DNA of 64,000 nt from Malacoraja senta (Eukaryota), in assembly GCA_038087875.1 (NCBI GenBank), contig CM075990.1, positions 12,216,001-12,280,000 of the forward strand, written 5' to 3'. Of the stretch, positions 51,954 to 64,000 are shown piece by piece (the stretch's first letter is position 1; every line of letters starts with the position of its first letter). Both the position numbers and the translations under genes were made by a program. A model generated the notes under the pieces. That model was not told the DNA's origin and did not search any database. It was given only the letters and a program-made list of their open reading frames with translations.

Positions 51954-54900
51954 GTGAGTACCACTTATTTTGTTTTGGAACAGCAAGTTAGGAAATAGTT
52001 TTATGCGGAGTGAGATGATTTTCCCCTGAAGAAATGCAGTAAATGTTCTTAAGCGGTTGACAAGAAATTTAAAAATGGTGTTACCTGGATCTTCCAATAC
52101 TCGACGACACAAGGAACTATAGATGCTGGAATCTTGAGTAGGTTTCAATGTGCTGGAGTACCTCGCTTCTGAAGAAAGTTTCCAACCCGAAACATCACCT
52201 ATCAATTCCCTCCACGGATGCCGCCTGACCCGCTGTGTTACTCCATCATATTCTTCCAATGCAGTCCACGTTGTTGGTCATATGCATGCCTTGATCTGCT
52301 TACTACTTTGCCAAGAAGTGAGAGAAAGTAATGATTTTGATGAGATGGTTTTTAACAAACAGGTAAATTAAATGCAAGGGTCTTTGAATTATTCTAGTCC
52401 TCATATTGTCTATGACGTTTGCCAAGAAACATCAGGGAGCTCTGATATTCCTTGTGAGGTGCTTGTTGCTGCTGCACCTGCAGGTCTATCGAAGAAGCTT
52501 TTCCTTTGTCCTCTTCTGAGAAATAGTGGTCACTTCCAGTTGTGGTTGGTAATTATTGCCGTGAGAGTAGTTCACTCGTTACACAAATTTGATGTTGAAT
52601 GGATATTTTCCAACACTCTCCAAGAATTTGATATAAGGAAGGAAGAAAGTCTAACAAAGATGGGCCACCGTGGGATCTACAGATGGTCTTAACAAATAAT
52701 AATTTTCTGGAATTGTACCGCATCCTGTGAAATCAGACGCATTGGAACTGAATCTAAATCAGGGAACATTGTTGTGTTAATTATGGTCCATTTCAAGAAA
52801 TTTCTGGTTCAATTAGTGGCTGGTGTGTGTTGGTTTTTTTTAAAGGAAAATAGAATAGGATGGGACACCTGTTGAAATTGTCAGCAGTACATGTGTGCAA
52901 TAATTTATGGTACGGTTGATATTTTTAGTACAGGCTGAGCAGATGTTATCCTTTATCAAAATAATAGGAAGAAAGAAATAATTGTTTAGTTTAGTTTAGT
53001 TTAGAGATACAGTGCGGAAACAGGCCCTTAGGCCCACCGAGCCTGCGATCCCCACACATCAACACTACCCTACATACACTACCCTACGCACATTAACACT
53101 ACCCTACATACAATTGTTTTACATTTTACATGTTGTTTTGTTTAGCATGATGTGTTTTACAATTCACATTTATACCAAGCCAATTAACCAACCAATCTGT
53201 ACGTCTTTGGAGTGTGGGGGGAAACTGAGGATCTCGGAGAAAACCCACGCAGGTCACGGGGAGAAGGTACAAACTCCGTACAGACAAGCACCCGTAGTCA
53301 GGATTGAACCCGGGTCTCTGGCGCTGTAAGGCAGTACCGCTGCACCACCGTGCCACCCCGGTTCTCTGCGGACACCACTGCTGTGTGGTTCCATTCTATG
53401 TTATACATTTTCCTAAGGCTGAACCGGCCTTTGCAGTTTTATTTTTAACTTACGGTGGGGTTTATGAGCAACAGTCCACACCTTTACTGTGGTTTCAATG
53501 TTACCCATGGTCGCTGAAACATGCACTGTCTTTGTTTTTACCAAGTTTGGTATTTCAGCAGCCTTTGACTAATTTGTCATCTTCAACCCTCCATTAAACT
53601 CAAACCTGTCCAAAACTCTTGCTTGGTCTGTAGCTAGCACCAACTCTTCCATCCAGCTCCCTGTATCGAGTGACCAAACTCTGATCATAAAAACTTGGCC
53701 TTAAATCCCACCCTGGCTCTTGTATTTTTATCTCTATGATTTCTTCCAACGCAACAAGCCTTTGTACCTCTCCAATCCATAGGTCCATGTGATAGGAGCA
53801 GAATATAAAGACAATAGACAATAGGTGCAGGAGTAGGCCATTCGGCCCTTCGAGCCAGCACCGCCATTCAATGTAAACATGGCTGATCATCCCCAATCAG
53901 TACCCCGTTCCTGCCTTCTCCCCATATCCCCTGACTCCGCTATTTTTAAGAGCCCTATCTAGCTCTCTCTTGAAAGCATCCAGGGAACCTGCCTCCACCG
54001 CCCTCTGAGGCAGAGAATTCCCCAGACAAAGATAGCGGAGTCGGGGGATATAGAGAGAAGGCAGGAACGGGGTACTGAGTGTGGATGATCAGCCATGATC
54101 ACATTGAATGGCGGTGCTGGCTCGAAGGGCCGTATGGCCTGCACCTATTGTCTCATTAGGCCATTCGGCCCATCAAGAATTCCTCATCTCCTTCACAAAG
54201 AAGTGTCCTTTAATTCTGAGGCCATGACCTCCAAGTCTCTCCCACCAGTGGAAACATCCTCTCTGCATCTACTCCATCTAGGTCTCCAGTACAATCCAGT
54301 AAAATCATACAGCAGACCTCACCTAGGCAGTATACAAAGAGTCGACTAAGTTACAAAAGTCCATGAGCCACCTTGTTTACAACAGCGAGCATGAAGGACA
54401 GCGTACGTATCAACAGCCTGTGTGTTCATTCCCGTCATATACTCCTCCTGCCTTAACAACAAAACATTTAAATAGGAGTAATGCATATTATTATTTACAA
54501 GCTCATTTTAAAACACTAATCCCATTTTAGATTTTAAATGTTAATTAGTACCACTTTCAGCCGCTCTCAAGAGTTGAGATCTCATTTGAACCACTTGTTA
54601 GAATACTTATAGCCTCATAATCATTCCCAGGTGTCCATTATTTTCTCTGTTCCATTGCAACAATGGTCTGTAAATTTTTACATCAAAATTGCGCTGCTGC
54701 GGCCCGCAAAACAGTGGGGGGTTTGTTTGCTTTTCCAAAGTAGGGGAAGACAGAATTTATTTGTGATTATTTTATAAACAGATGGTTTTGAATTAGGAAT
54801 TGCACACAAGATGGCCACATTTGGCAGGTGTAATTACCTGAAACAGATGCTCAAATTTTCTAATTGCTCAGCCATTAACAAGAATAACGTGGTACCTTCT

Positions 54901-55432
54901 GATTTTAAATCCAGCAGACCAGCAGGGCAAGCTGGTCGACTCCTTCCAAGCTATTAGTTGGTAGTTAAGGCGTCAGTTGGAGCTATTGACAACATAACAA
55001 TGTGCGAAATACAACAGGCCTAGGTCACAAAACCATCAAGTCTGTTCCTCTACTTAAAGATTACGACTGACCCATTATCTCCTCCGTTCCCCTGCCTGGT
55101 CTCTGTATCCCCTTGGTTCCTGCGATGTCCAAGACTCCATCAATCTCAAGATACAAGAAACATTTATTTGTCACAGGTACCAATTGGTACGGTGAATTGT
55201 GTGGTCGCCATACAGCCACACGGATAATAAAGAGGACAGAACAACGATAGTCTTTAACACAGACATCCCCACACAGCGGGATCAAAGTTTCCCACTGTGA
55301 GGGAAGGCTCCAAAATTCAGTCATCCTCCTCTGTTGTCCTCCCGTGATCGAGGGGGCTCCCGAACCCTCCGCTGTCGCCTCTATGTGCGGCCCAATGTTC
55401 AGGCCCGCTCGCCGCGGTGATGGAAGTCCCAC

Positions 55433-55512
55433 GTCGGGACTGGAGGACGTCGGGACTGGAGGACGTCGGGACTGGAGGACCTCGGGACTGGAGGACCTCG
55501 GGACTGGAGGAC
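55433..55512. repeat. 16-bp tandem repeat (G/C)TCGGGACTGGAGGAC x5
   Basis: Read directly; adjoins a minus-strand LINE-like 3' fragment. Confidence 0.9.
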
Positions 55513-57481
55513 GTCCTCAGCAGCTTGGACATTACATCTCCATCTTTGTTATAGTGACTGGAAGTCTTCCTACACCACCCCCCCCCCCCCCCCACCTAGA
55601 GGATGCTGGAAGATTTGCTACTCCGTTTCACCTCATCTCCATCCGAACCGGCTGACCCCCTATCCCTATTCCTGACTCTGAACACCATCGGGAAACATTT
55701 AAAGCTGATTTATGGAACATCACCACCAAAGTTACGACACAGACATCTTAGTGAATCTTTCACATCAGCAGCAATTCTCAACCCTCTCATTTCCTTCAAG
55801 TGCCTTTTTACATAATTCTTTATTGTTACTGTGGTCTCTGCTAACTCTGGCCTTGGCATCCACAGCTTCAAAAGGTTTTCTCCCGCCCTCTGCCCTAAAT
55901 CTCCAACACTTACCAAGTACCACATTAACTCATTATCAGCAGATCATCAGCAAAGTTTTTATTTGCTTAACAGCTAACCCTCATAAGTTCATAAGTGATA
56001 GGAGCAGAATTAGGCCATTCGGCCCTTCAAGTCTACTCTACCATTCAATCATGGCTGACCTATCTCTACCTCCTAACCCCATTCTCCTGCCTTCTCCCCA
56101 TAACTTCTGACGCCCTCATACTAATCAAGAATCTATCTCTCCCCCTAAAAAATATCCATTGATGGCCTCTGCAGCCTTCTGTGGCAATGAATTCCACAGG
56201 TTCACCACCCTCTGACTAAAGAAGTTCCTCCTCATCTCCTTCTAAAAGCGATGTGCTTTAATTCTGAGGCTATGACCTCTGGTCCTAGACTCTCCCACTG
56301 ATGGAAACATCCTCTCCACATCCACTCTACTCTACTTAAGGAATACCTGCAGAATCCTTACTGTTTCAAACTCAATCCTGGCAGATCTGATTAGTCCACC
56401 ATTAGAAGTTTTGAATAATGGCATCAACTCGTTGTCAGGATTTATGGATTACTCTGCAGTGACATTGGAGACCAAACCTTCTCTGAGATTCAGCAAAGGA
56501 ATTCAAAGGATTTGACGACCAGTACAAAAATTGGAGGGCCCTGTGTTGCATTGGCAGTGGACAAGCAAGGTGAATCAACCTACTGTACTTATGGTGGATT
56601 GAAGAGCACAATCCAAAGAGTTGAGCTGAATATAAACTTCTGTGCTAAATCCAGGTGGTTGGATCTCCTGTCTTGATCCATAATGCCAACTAGTTGGACT
56701 GATCATCCATGTCTATCAAGCCTAACTTCACAATCAGTGTCTTCAGCCTGCTACCAGCCACTGTGCCCATCTGTCTATAACTTCAAAAACAGTGTTGGTA
56801 AGTTCCTCTGATGAAAACACATGTTTGGATGCAGGAAACTAAAGTAGGTTGAATTCCTTTATAACAACTTAGGATAGGATCATGTGTGGAATGGTTGTTT
56901 TTGTTGGTGGGATGGTGGGGGTGGGTGGGTGGGGGTGGGGGGGGGGTGGAATGTAGGGGACTTAGTCCTCCAAAAATCATCATGAAACTCAAGGTTATGG
57001 AACCTCTGCACATGTAGAGGATCCAAATGCCAGAGGCTGAATCCTTACTGTCCGCGGGACTTACCTTAATGGCCTCGGGACTTACCATCGGGGACTTTGA
57101 CATCGGGAGAAGAATGAAGAGCAGGGGAGAGACAAGACTTTGCCTTCCATCACAGTGAGGAGGAGATTCACTGTGATGGATGTTTGTGTAAACTGTGTTG
57201 GTGTTGTGTCTTGGTTCTTTTCTTGTTGTATGACTGCAGAAACCAAATTTCGTTTGAACTTCATTTGTGGTTCAAATGACAATAAACGGTATTGTATTGT
57301 ATTGAACCTGCTCCTGATGTACGAATGTTGAAAGCTGTGGATATCTCGAGATTCAAGATTCAAGAGAGTTATTGTCCATGTGTCCGTCCCAGATAGGACA
57401 ATGAAATTCTTGCTTTGCTTCAGCACAACAGAATATAGTAGCCATAAATAAATACAGAACAGATCAGTGTGTCCATATACC

Positions 57482-57486
<5 letters not shown>

Positions 57487-57522
<36 letters not shown>
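57487..57522. repeat. (AT)n(AC)n microsatellite
   Basis: Read directly. Confidence 0.9.
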
Positions 57523-58420
57523 GTAAATAACCAGATAATGTGCAATAGGCTATTAAAGTTCAGATTTTTGTTTGAGTTGATCTGAAATAGAAACTGAAAA
57601 TGCTGGACGCACTCAGCAGGTCAGGCAGAATCTTTGGAAAGAGGAATAACGTTAATGTTCTGATTGCCACAGAAGGCTGTGGGGGCCGAGTCAATGGATA
57701 TTTTTAAGGCAAGGATAGAAAGATTCTTGATTAGTACGGGTGTCAGGGGTTGTGGGGAGAAGGCAGGAGAATGGGGTTAGGAGGGAGAGGTAAATCAGCC
57801 ATGATTGAATGATGGAGTAGACTTGATGGGCCGAATGGCCTAATTCTGTTACTATCACTTATGAACTTATGAAAGGAAGGAAACAAGTCTGTTTTCAGTT
57901 GCAAATAATGTGGGGGGACTTTCTCATGACCTGAAAATCTGCAGCCTATAAAAACTAGAAATCTGAAGTGTAGCACGGAGAGCTGGGTTTTGCGTGTTTT
58001 TGAATTTTACTTGAGTGCTGCTTATAAAAATTGCAACCAGCTGTCAAAATGTCTGTGCAAGACTGAAGTGAGTTCGGTGTTTGCATTGGGGTTCCTCATG
58101 GTGCGCGGATTAAAATGTTTTGAACTGCCTCTCCAAAGGTTTCGGGGGCAGAAAGGTGATGGTGGGCTTGAGGGCATCATTGGGAAGCGATACTTGGGAG
58201 CCAGTTAGAATCTGGTTTATCTATTGATCGAGGCTTACTCCATGATGGTGGTTCTCTCTCAACTATTAACACTGTCTGCCGTACTCCAGACAAAGGTCTG
58301 TCTCAGATCATTGCAACCTTAACTGGGGAAGGCTAAATTTATTTTCCCTGTACGAGAGAGCACACAGTAACTGTTTTCCTGCTTTTTTACTTGTTTGGTT
58401 TAGTTTATTATCACGTGTAA

Positions 58421-58620
58421 NNNNNNNNNNNNNNNNNNNNNNNNNNNNNNNNNNNNNNNNNNNNNNNNNNNNNNNNNNNNNNNNNNNNNNNNNNNNNNNN
58501 NNNNNNNNNNNNNNNNNNNNNNNNNNNNNNNNNNNNNNNNNNNNNNNNNNNNNNNNNNNNNNNNNNNNNNNNNNNNNNNNNNNNNNNNNNNNNNNNNNNN
58601 NNNNNNNNNNNNNNNNNNNN
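58421..58620. other. Assembly gap (200 N)
   Basis: Run of N of fixed round length. Confidence 0.99.
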
Positions 58621-60974
58621 TTGTTTGCTGCTTTTGTACTGGGAGATCAATGTAAGCAAACATTGTATACCAGCTATACTCTGGACAATTGCCTTGTACA
58701 TAGGCTGGATGGGAGTTATAAGCCAGATATTTTGTTTCACTGTTGTACTGTAAAACTGATTGCTCCAGGATTTTAAACTGGACTAGTATATGTCTTGTTC
58801 AAGAAGGAACTGCAGATGCTGGAGAATCGAAGGTGGACAAAATTGCTGGAGAAACTCAGCGGGTGGGGCAGCATCTATGGACCGAAGGAAATAGGCAACG
58901 TTTCGGGCCGAAACCCTTCTTCAGATTGTGTAGGAAGGAACTGCAGATGCTGGTTTACACCAAAGATAGACACAAAATGCTGGAGTAACTCAGCGAGTCA
59001 GGCAGAAACTCTGGAGAGAAGGAATAGGTGACGTTTAGGGTTGAGACCAAGAGGTAACTCTCTCTCCCCTGACGCTCAGTCTGAAGAAGCGTCTCGACCT
59101 GAAACGTCAACTATTCCTTCTATCCAGGGATGCTGCCTGACCCGCTGAGTTACTCCAGCATTTTGAGTATAATTGTCTTTTTGGTAGAATTGTTACAGTC
59201 GTTGAGTCACAATGTGGAAACGGGTCCTTTGTCCTATCTAGTCTGCACCAGCATTCTAGCAGGGATGTGTAGAACAAGGAGAATGTCTCTGATACTGAGA
59301 GTCCAAATGCCTTAAGGGAGGGAGGTAACAGCACATTACGTTTCTGTGGTCAGTGTGATGTGTTGTAATTGGTGAGGCTGTGTTATACAAGTTAGTGATA
59401 GGAGCTGAATTAGGCCATTCGGCCCATCAAGTCTACTCCTCTGTTCAATCATGGCTGATGTATCTCTCCCTCCCAACCCCATTCTCCTGCCTTCTCCCCA
59501 TAACCCCTGGCACCCGAACCAATCGAGAATCTATCTATCTCTGCCTTAAAAATATCCATTGACTTGGCATCCACAGCCTCCTGTGGCAATGAATTCAACA
59601 GATTCACCACCCTCTGATATATATGCAAATATATGAACAGAGTAATAACGGCCAACATTACAACAGGCAGAAATGTCCAGGTGTGATTGACACAGGAGGA
59701 GGGTACGAGTTAACAAAGTTGGAGAATTCTGTAGCGACCGATCCTATCATCAGTGAAATGGGATGAGTAGAAGGGTCTCGACCCAAAACGTCGCCTATTC
59801 CTTCAACTTCTTTTGTCTACCTCCGATTGTTCCAGCATTTGCAGTTCTTTCTTAAATATCAGTAGTTACATTGATCAATCATCTTTCTTTTGCAATTGGA
59901 TAAGAATTAGAGGAGAACATTCAGCCCTCAAAACTTGTTCCACTATTCAATTAGATCATGTCTGATTCATACGGTAGCTTTTTACTGCCTTGGTTCTGTT
60001 ATCTTTAATAACTTTAATTCCAGTCGAAGTGGAAAGGAAGGGAAAAAATACACTCCAGTAAGTTGATGATTAGCTGAAATAAATAGAGATATAATCTACA
60101 TTCAAATCTCTAATTCTGGTCTCGCTGCAGCATAATTGCTTCATTATAACCTCTCATAAATCAGGTGACAGTATTATTCCTTGGAAATGGCTTCGCGAGC
60201 CTTTTCACTCATCAATAAGTATAATTTAAGTTTCATGTTTCGCTGTGATTTGAATTTTCAAGCTGTAAGACGGTAGGAGATATTGTTAAATGCCTTGAAA
60301 ATCAGAGCTGTAAAATGGTCGTTTGGTCTGGCCGTTCTGCTGAGATTCGTTAATAGCTGGAGATTAATTTTGTGTTGCAAATTAAAAGGTATTCACTCTA
60401 TTTCATTGCTGCAAAGGTAACATGTTTTGGTTCCATTGTACATCATAAAATGAACAAGCTGGTGCCTGATGTGGTTGAGTTTGTAGCAATTGCTTTCTTG
60501 AGGTAGAAATTGGCCTCTATAAATGACCCCAAGCATTATTTATAGAGGCCAATAAATAACACCTCTATTTACTGTGGGGGAGTTGTGAAAATGGGAGAAC
60601 ATGTAGCGAGTGTGAGTGGGCGATCGTATGGATTCGGTGGGTCGATGGACCTGTTTCCATGCAGTGCCTTTTAATCAAATCATAGGTTCTACATTTAGGC
60701 TTCAATTTAGAGACTTGGCTGTTGCAAACTCTAGTACTGAGGGACTGCCGTGCTGCCTGAGGTGCTGTGTTTTACATGGCTCTCTCAGTTTAATGCATAA
60801 GATGCCATTCTCCTGCTTTGAAGATTGGGATATTCTCCCTACTGCTGCACGATGTTTATTATTTATTCAACGTCACTGCAGCACAGAATCTGTATATAAT
60901 TTCATTTCTGACTGTGGGAGTTTTCTGCACATGTATTGATTCCCCTTAACGGGATTGCCCCCCCCCCCCCCACC

Positions 60975-61190
60975 CTCCCCCATATCAAAAATCTTCTAAC
61001 CCACCATTCTACCTCCAGGTCCCTCAGGTCGGCCGCCTTGGGGCCACTGACTATCCCGCGGTCTAGGTTTAAGCTCAGGGGTGACCGCGCTTTTGCGGTT
61101 GCAGCACCTGGACTGTGGAACAGCATCCCGCACCTCATCAGAACTGCCCCCTCCATCGACGCCTTTAAATCAAGGCTCAAAACCTATTTC
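60975..61190 (+). mobile_element. L2-clade LINE 3' coding fragment
   Basis: RSLRSA..LTIPRSRFKLRGDRAFAVAAPGLWNSIP..IRTAPSIDAFKSRLKTYF. Confidence 0.75.
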
Positions 61191-61398
61191 TGGAGGTCCG
61201 AGGCCATCTGGAAATTAGTTTATCTCGGCATCATGTTCGGCACAGACATTGCGGGCAGAAGGGCCTGTTGCTGTGCTGTACTGTTCTACGTTCTATCTTG
61301 GGATAACACTGTGAAGTAGGTTCATGATCCACTCCAGAGGACTCAATGGATGTGGTGGGTGAAGATATGCAGGCGAGACTGGGTGAGGACAGTAGGTA

Positions 61399-62514
61399 TC
61401 TATATAATTAAAAGTCTCATCTTGACCACTTCCTGTCTGCGCTGTAAATTGATTTTAGAAAAAATGCTACCCTGTATTGCTGTGATTTTTGGCCATCTTA
61501 CTCACAGTCCTCCTCTGCTGAGCCAGCCCCAAGGGTTTTTCCCATCGATGAAAAATAAAAAAGTTATGAGTGTTTAAAAAACCGTAAGATCAGCTGATTG
61601 GTCCTCTCGCCTGTCAATCACCGCGATGAAGGAAACGCCCCTTCCGGGAGGGGGGGCAGGACTATAAAACCCCGGATGCCTGGACGTGAGTTAGTCACTC
61701 TGCAAGATCGCGAGGGAGAGGCCGCGATTGTCATTCTAAGCTGTGAATCAACTGAACTGTGAGTCTGCAATGTACTTGCATTAAATGATTTGTTAGCCCT
61801 TAATGACAATGCCATGAGTTGTTTGGCCTGCTGCCCTGTCTGTGCTTGAAAGTGCAATGCTTAATTGGAAATGAAATGAAATGAAATCACAATACCATGA
61901 GTTGTTTGGCCTGCTGCCCTGCCTGTGCTTGAAACTGCAATGCTTTATTTGGTCCGACTGTGTTTGGAAGGAATAAATGCTTTATTAGGTCCGACTGTGT
62001 TTGGAAGGAATAAATGCTTTATTAGGTCCGACTGTGTTTGGAAGGAATAAATGCTTTAATAGGTCCGACTGTGTTTGGAAGGAATAAATGCTTTATTAGG
62101 TCCGACTGTGTTTAGTCCAAAAGTTCCGCTTACTGGACAGGTCCCGCTGATTATGTAATTTCCGGTGAGTGCAGAGGTCGCGCTGATTGCGTAATTTCCG
62201 ATAAGTGCAGAAGTCACGCTGATTGCGGAAGTGCCGCTGACTGCGGAAGCCCCACAGTGGAGAGGTCGCGCTCAGCCATGTGAGTAGATTCACGAAGGGT
62301 TACTGTCATATATATGGTGTGCGAGTCAGTGTGTGTGTATGTGAGTGAGTGTGTGTGTTTGTGTGTGAGTGTATGTGTTTGTGCGAGGTGGAGGATGTGT
62401 GTGAGTGAGTGTGTGTGTGAGTGTACATTGGAATTGGTGGAGAGGTGGAATATTGCATTGGGGGACCAGCCCTCCCGTGTGAAGCTGGGACCCAACGGGT
62501 CCCACTTAGTCTAG
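61399..62514 (+). mobile_element. Non-autonomous Helitron
   Basis: Sits between A and T, starts TCTATATAATTAAAAG, ends CTAG. Subterminal hairpin TGGGACCC-AAC-GGGTCCCA at 62486-62504. No TSD; internal tandem repeats. Confidence 0.85.
61941..62113. repeat. 37-bp tandem repeat, ~4.5 copies, inside the Helitron
   Basis: GGTCCGACTGTGTTTGGAAGGAATAAATGCTTTATTA starting at 61951, 61988, 62025, 62062 and 62099. Confidence 0.92.
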
Positions 62515-62617
62515 TCCTAATTATAAAGACAGGCTTAGTTTAGTTTAGAGATACAGCACGGAAACAGGCCCTTCGGCCCACCATGTCCGCGCCGACCAAC
62601 GATCCCCACACATTGTT

Positions 62618-63562
62618 GTGTTAAAGAAGGAACTGCAGATGCTGGAAAATCGAAGGTACACAAAAATGCTGGAGAAACTCAGCGGGTGCAGCAGCATCTA
62701 TGGAGCGAAGGAAATAGGCAACATTTCGGGCCGAAACCCTTCTTCAGACTGATAGGGGGTGGGGAGAAGAAAGGAAAAAAGGCGGAGGAGGAGCCCGAGG
62801 GCTGGGGGAGGGGATGAGACAACCAGACGGCTGATGAAGGGGAGGGGACAGCAAGGGCTAGCAGAATTGGGAGAATTCAATGTTCATGCCCCCAGGATGT
62901 AGACTGCCCAAGCGGAATATGAGGAGCATTTCCTCCAATTTCCGGTGTTGCTCGCTGTGGCCATGGAGGAGACCCAGGACAGAGAGGTCAGATACGGAAT
63001 GGGAGGGGGAGTTGAAGTGCTGAGCCACCGGGATGTCAGGTTGGTTATTGCGGACCGACCGGAGGTGTTCGGCGAAACGATCGTCAAGCCTCCGCTTGGT
63101 CTCACCGATGTAGATCAGCTGACATCTAGAGCAGCGGATGCAATAGATGAGGTTGGAGGAGATGCAGGTGAACCTCTGTCGCACCTGGAACGACTGCTTG
63201 GGTCCTTGAATGGAGTGGAGGGGGGAAGTGAAGGGACAAGTGTTGCATCTCTTGCGGTTGCAAGGGAAAGTACCAGGGGAGGGGGTTGTATGGGAGGGAA
63301 GGGAAGAATTGACAAGGGAGTTACGGAGGGAGCGGTCTTTGCGGAAGGCAGACATGGGGGGAGATGGGAAGATGTGGTGGGGTCACGTTGGAGGTGGTGA
63401 AACTGACGGAGGATCACTTGTTGTATGTGACTGCTGGTGGGGTGAAAGGTGAGGACTAGGGGGACTCTGCCCTTGTTGTGAGTGGTGGGATGGGGAGAGA
63501 GAGCAGTGTTGCGGGGTATGGCAGAGACCCTGGTGCGAGCCTCATCTATGGTGGAGGAGGGG
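62618..63562 (-). mobile_element. Penelope-like retroelement, 5'-truncated, inserted in a SINE
   Basis: GIY-YIG ORF plus a 3' terminal region with hammerhead core. Flanks on both sides are parts of one minus-strand HE1-like SINE. Confidence 0.9.
62858..63355 (-). pseudogene. Penelope-like GIY-YIG endonuclease domain (truncated ORF)
   Basis: CNRKRCNTC linker; LIYCIRCSRCQLIYIGETKRRLDDRFAEH...VAQHFN...RKLEE...GMN. Confidence 0.9.
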
Positions 63563-63772
63563 CATTACCACCATCCGACACACACTAGGGGCAGTTTACA
63601 ATCATACCAAGCCAATTAACCTACAAACCTGCACGTCTTTGGAGTTTGGGGGGGAAACCGAAGATCTCGGAGAAAACCCCATGCAGGTCGCGGTTGAGAA
63701 CGTACAAACTCCGTACAGACAGCACCTGTAGTCGGGATTGAACCCAGGTCTCCAGCTCTGCAAGCGCTGTAA

Positions 63773-64000
63773 AGTGCCTGTCCCACTGTACGAGGTAATT
63801 CAAGAGCTCTCCCGAGTTTAAAAAAAAATCAAACTCGTGGCAAGCACGTAGAATGTACGTAGCGGGTACGTCGGAGCTCGGGGACGTCTCCTAGCGGCTC
63901 GTAACGCTAACGGCAGGTACTCGGGAAACACGGTAAGCTCGTGAAGACTCATGAAGATTTTTCAACATGTTGAAAAATGTCCACGAGAGCCCCGAGTACC
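63773..64000. mobile_element. PIF/Harbinger-type MITE, truncated by the window end, inserted in a SINE head
   Basis: TAA followed by AGTGCCTGTCCCACTGTACGAG; body is the reverse complement of the 23893/26388 family. Confidence 0.8.

Noticed and set aside
58400..58740. ORFs spanning poly-X
   Set aside because: Translation through the assembly gap.
61941..62113. 37-bp repeats of CRISPR-like length
   Set aside because: Contiguous tandem copies without spacers, inside a Helitron in vertebrate DNA.
51954..64000. Next CDH23 exon (expected ATDND...DPDR-like)
   Set aside because: Not found by eye; it may lie beyond the window or in the gap, so no exon loss is claimed.
1..64000. Nested host gene in the CDH23 introns
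   Set aside because: No non-repeat ORF or exon chain other than CDH23 could be supported.

Overview
Eukaryotic, repeat-rich vertebrate genomic DNA, most likely a cartilaginous fish (batoid/skate), judged from HE1-type tRNA-derived SINEs with CR1/HER1-like tails. The window lies entirely inside the cadherin-23 (CDH23) gene on the + strand. Four in-frame coding exons (5625-5737, 33173-33361, 43952-44101, 51795-51953; 611 nt, about EC3 to the start of EC5) have canonical AG/GT boundaries; the rest is intron. The introns carry a full-length but ORF2-disrupted L1 with a 15-bp TSD inserted in a SINE, and Penelope-like (GIY-YIG) retroelement fragments. There are more than 20 short copies of the Penelope terminus bearing a minimal hammerhead-ribozyme core, often as palindromic head-to-head pairs. 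Also present are a DNA transposon with a 7-bp TSD and a spliced exon, six PIF/Harbinger-type MITEs, an 8-bp-TSD MITE, a non-autonomous Helitron, a solo LTR, CR1/L2/Rex/RTE fragments, minisatellites and a 200-N assembly gap. The most interesting signals are the hammerhead-bearing Penelope mini-elements, their recurrent insertion at the same SINE position, and the unresolved status of the CDH23 microexon. All identifications were made by eye or from recalled family features; no searches were run.
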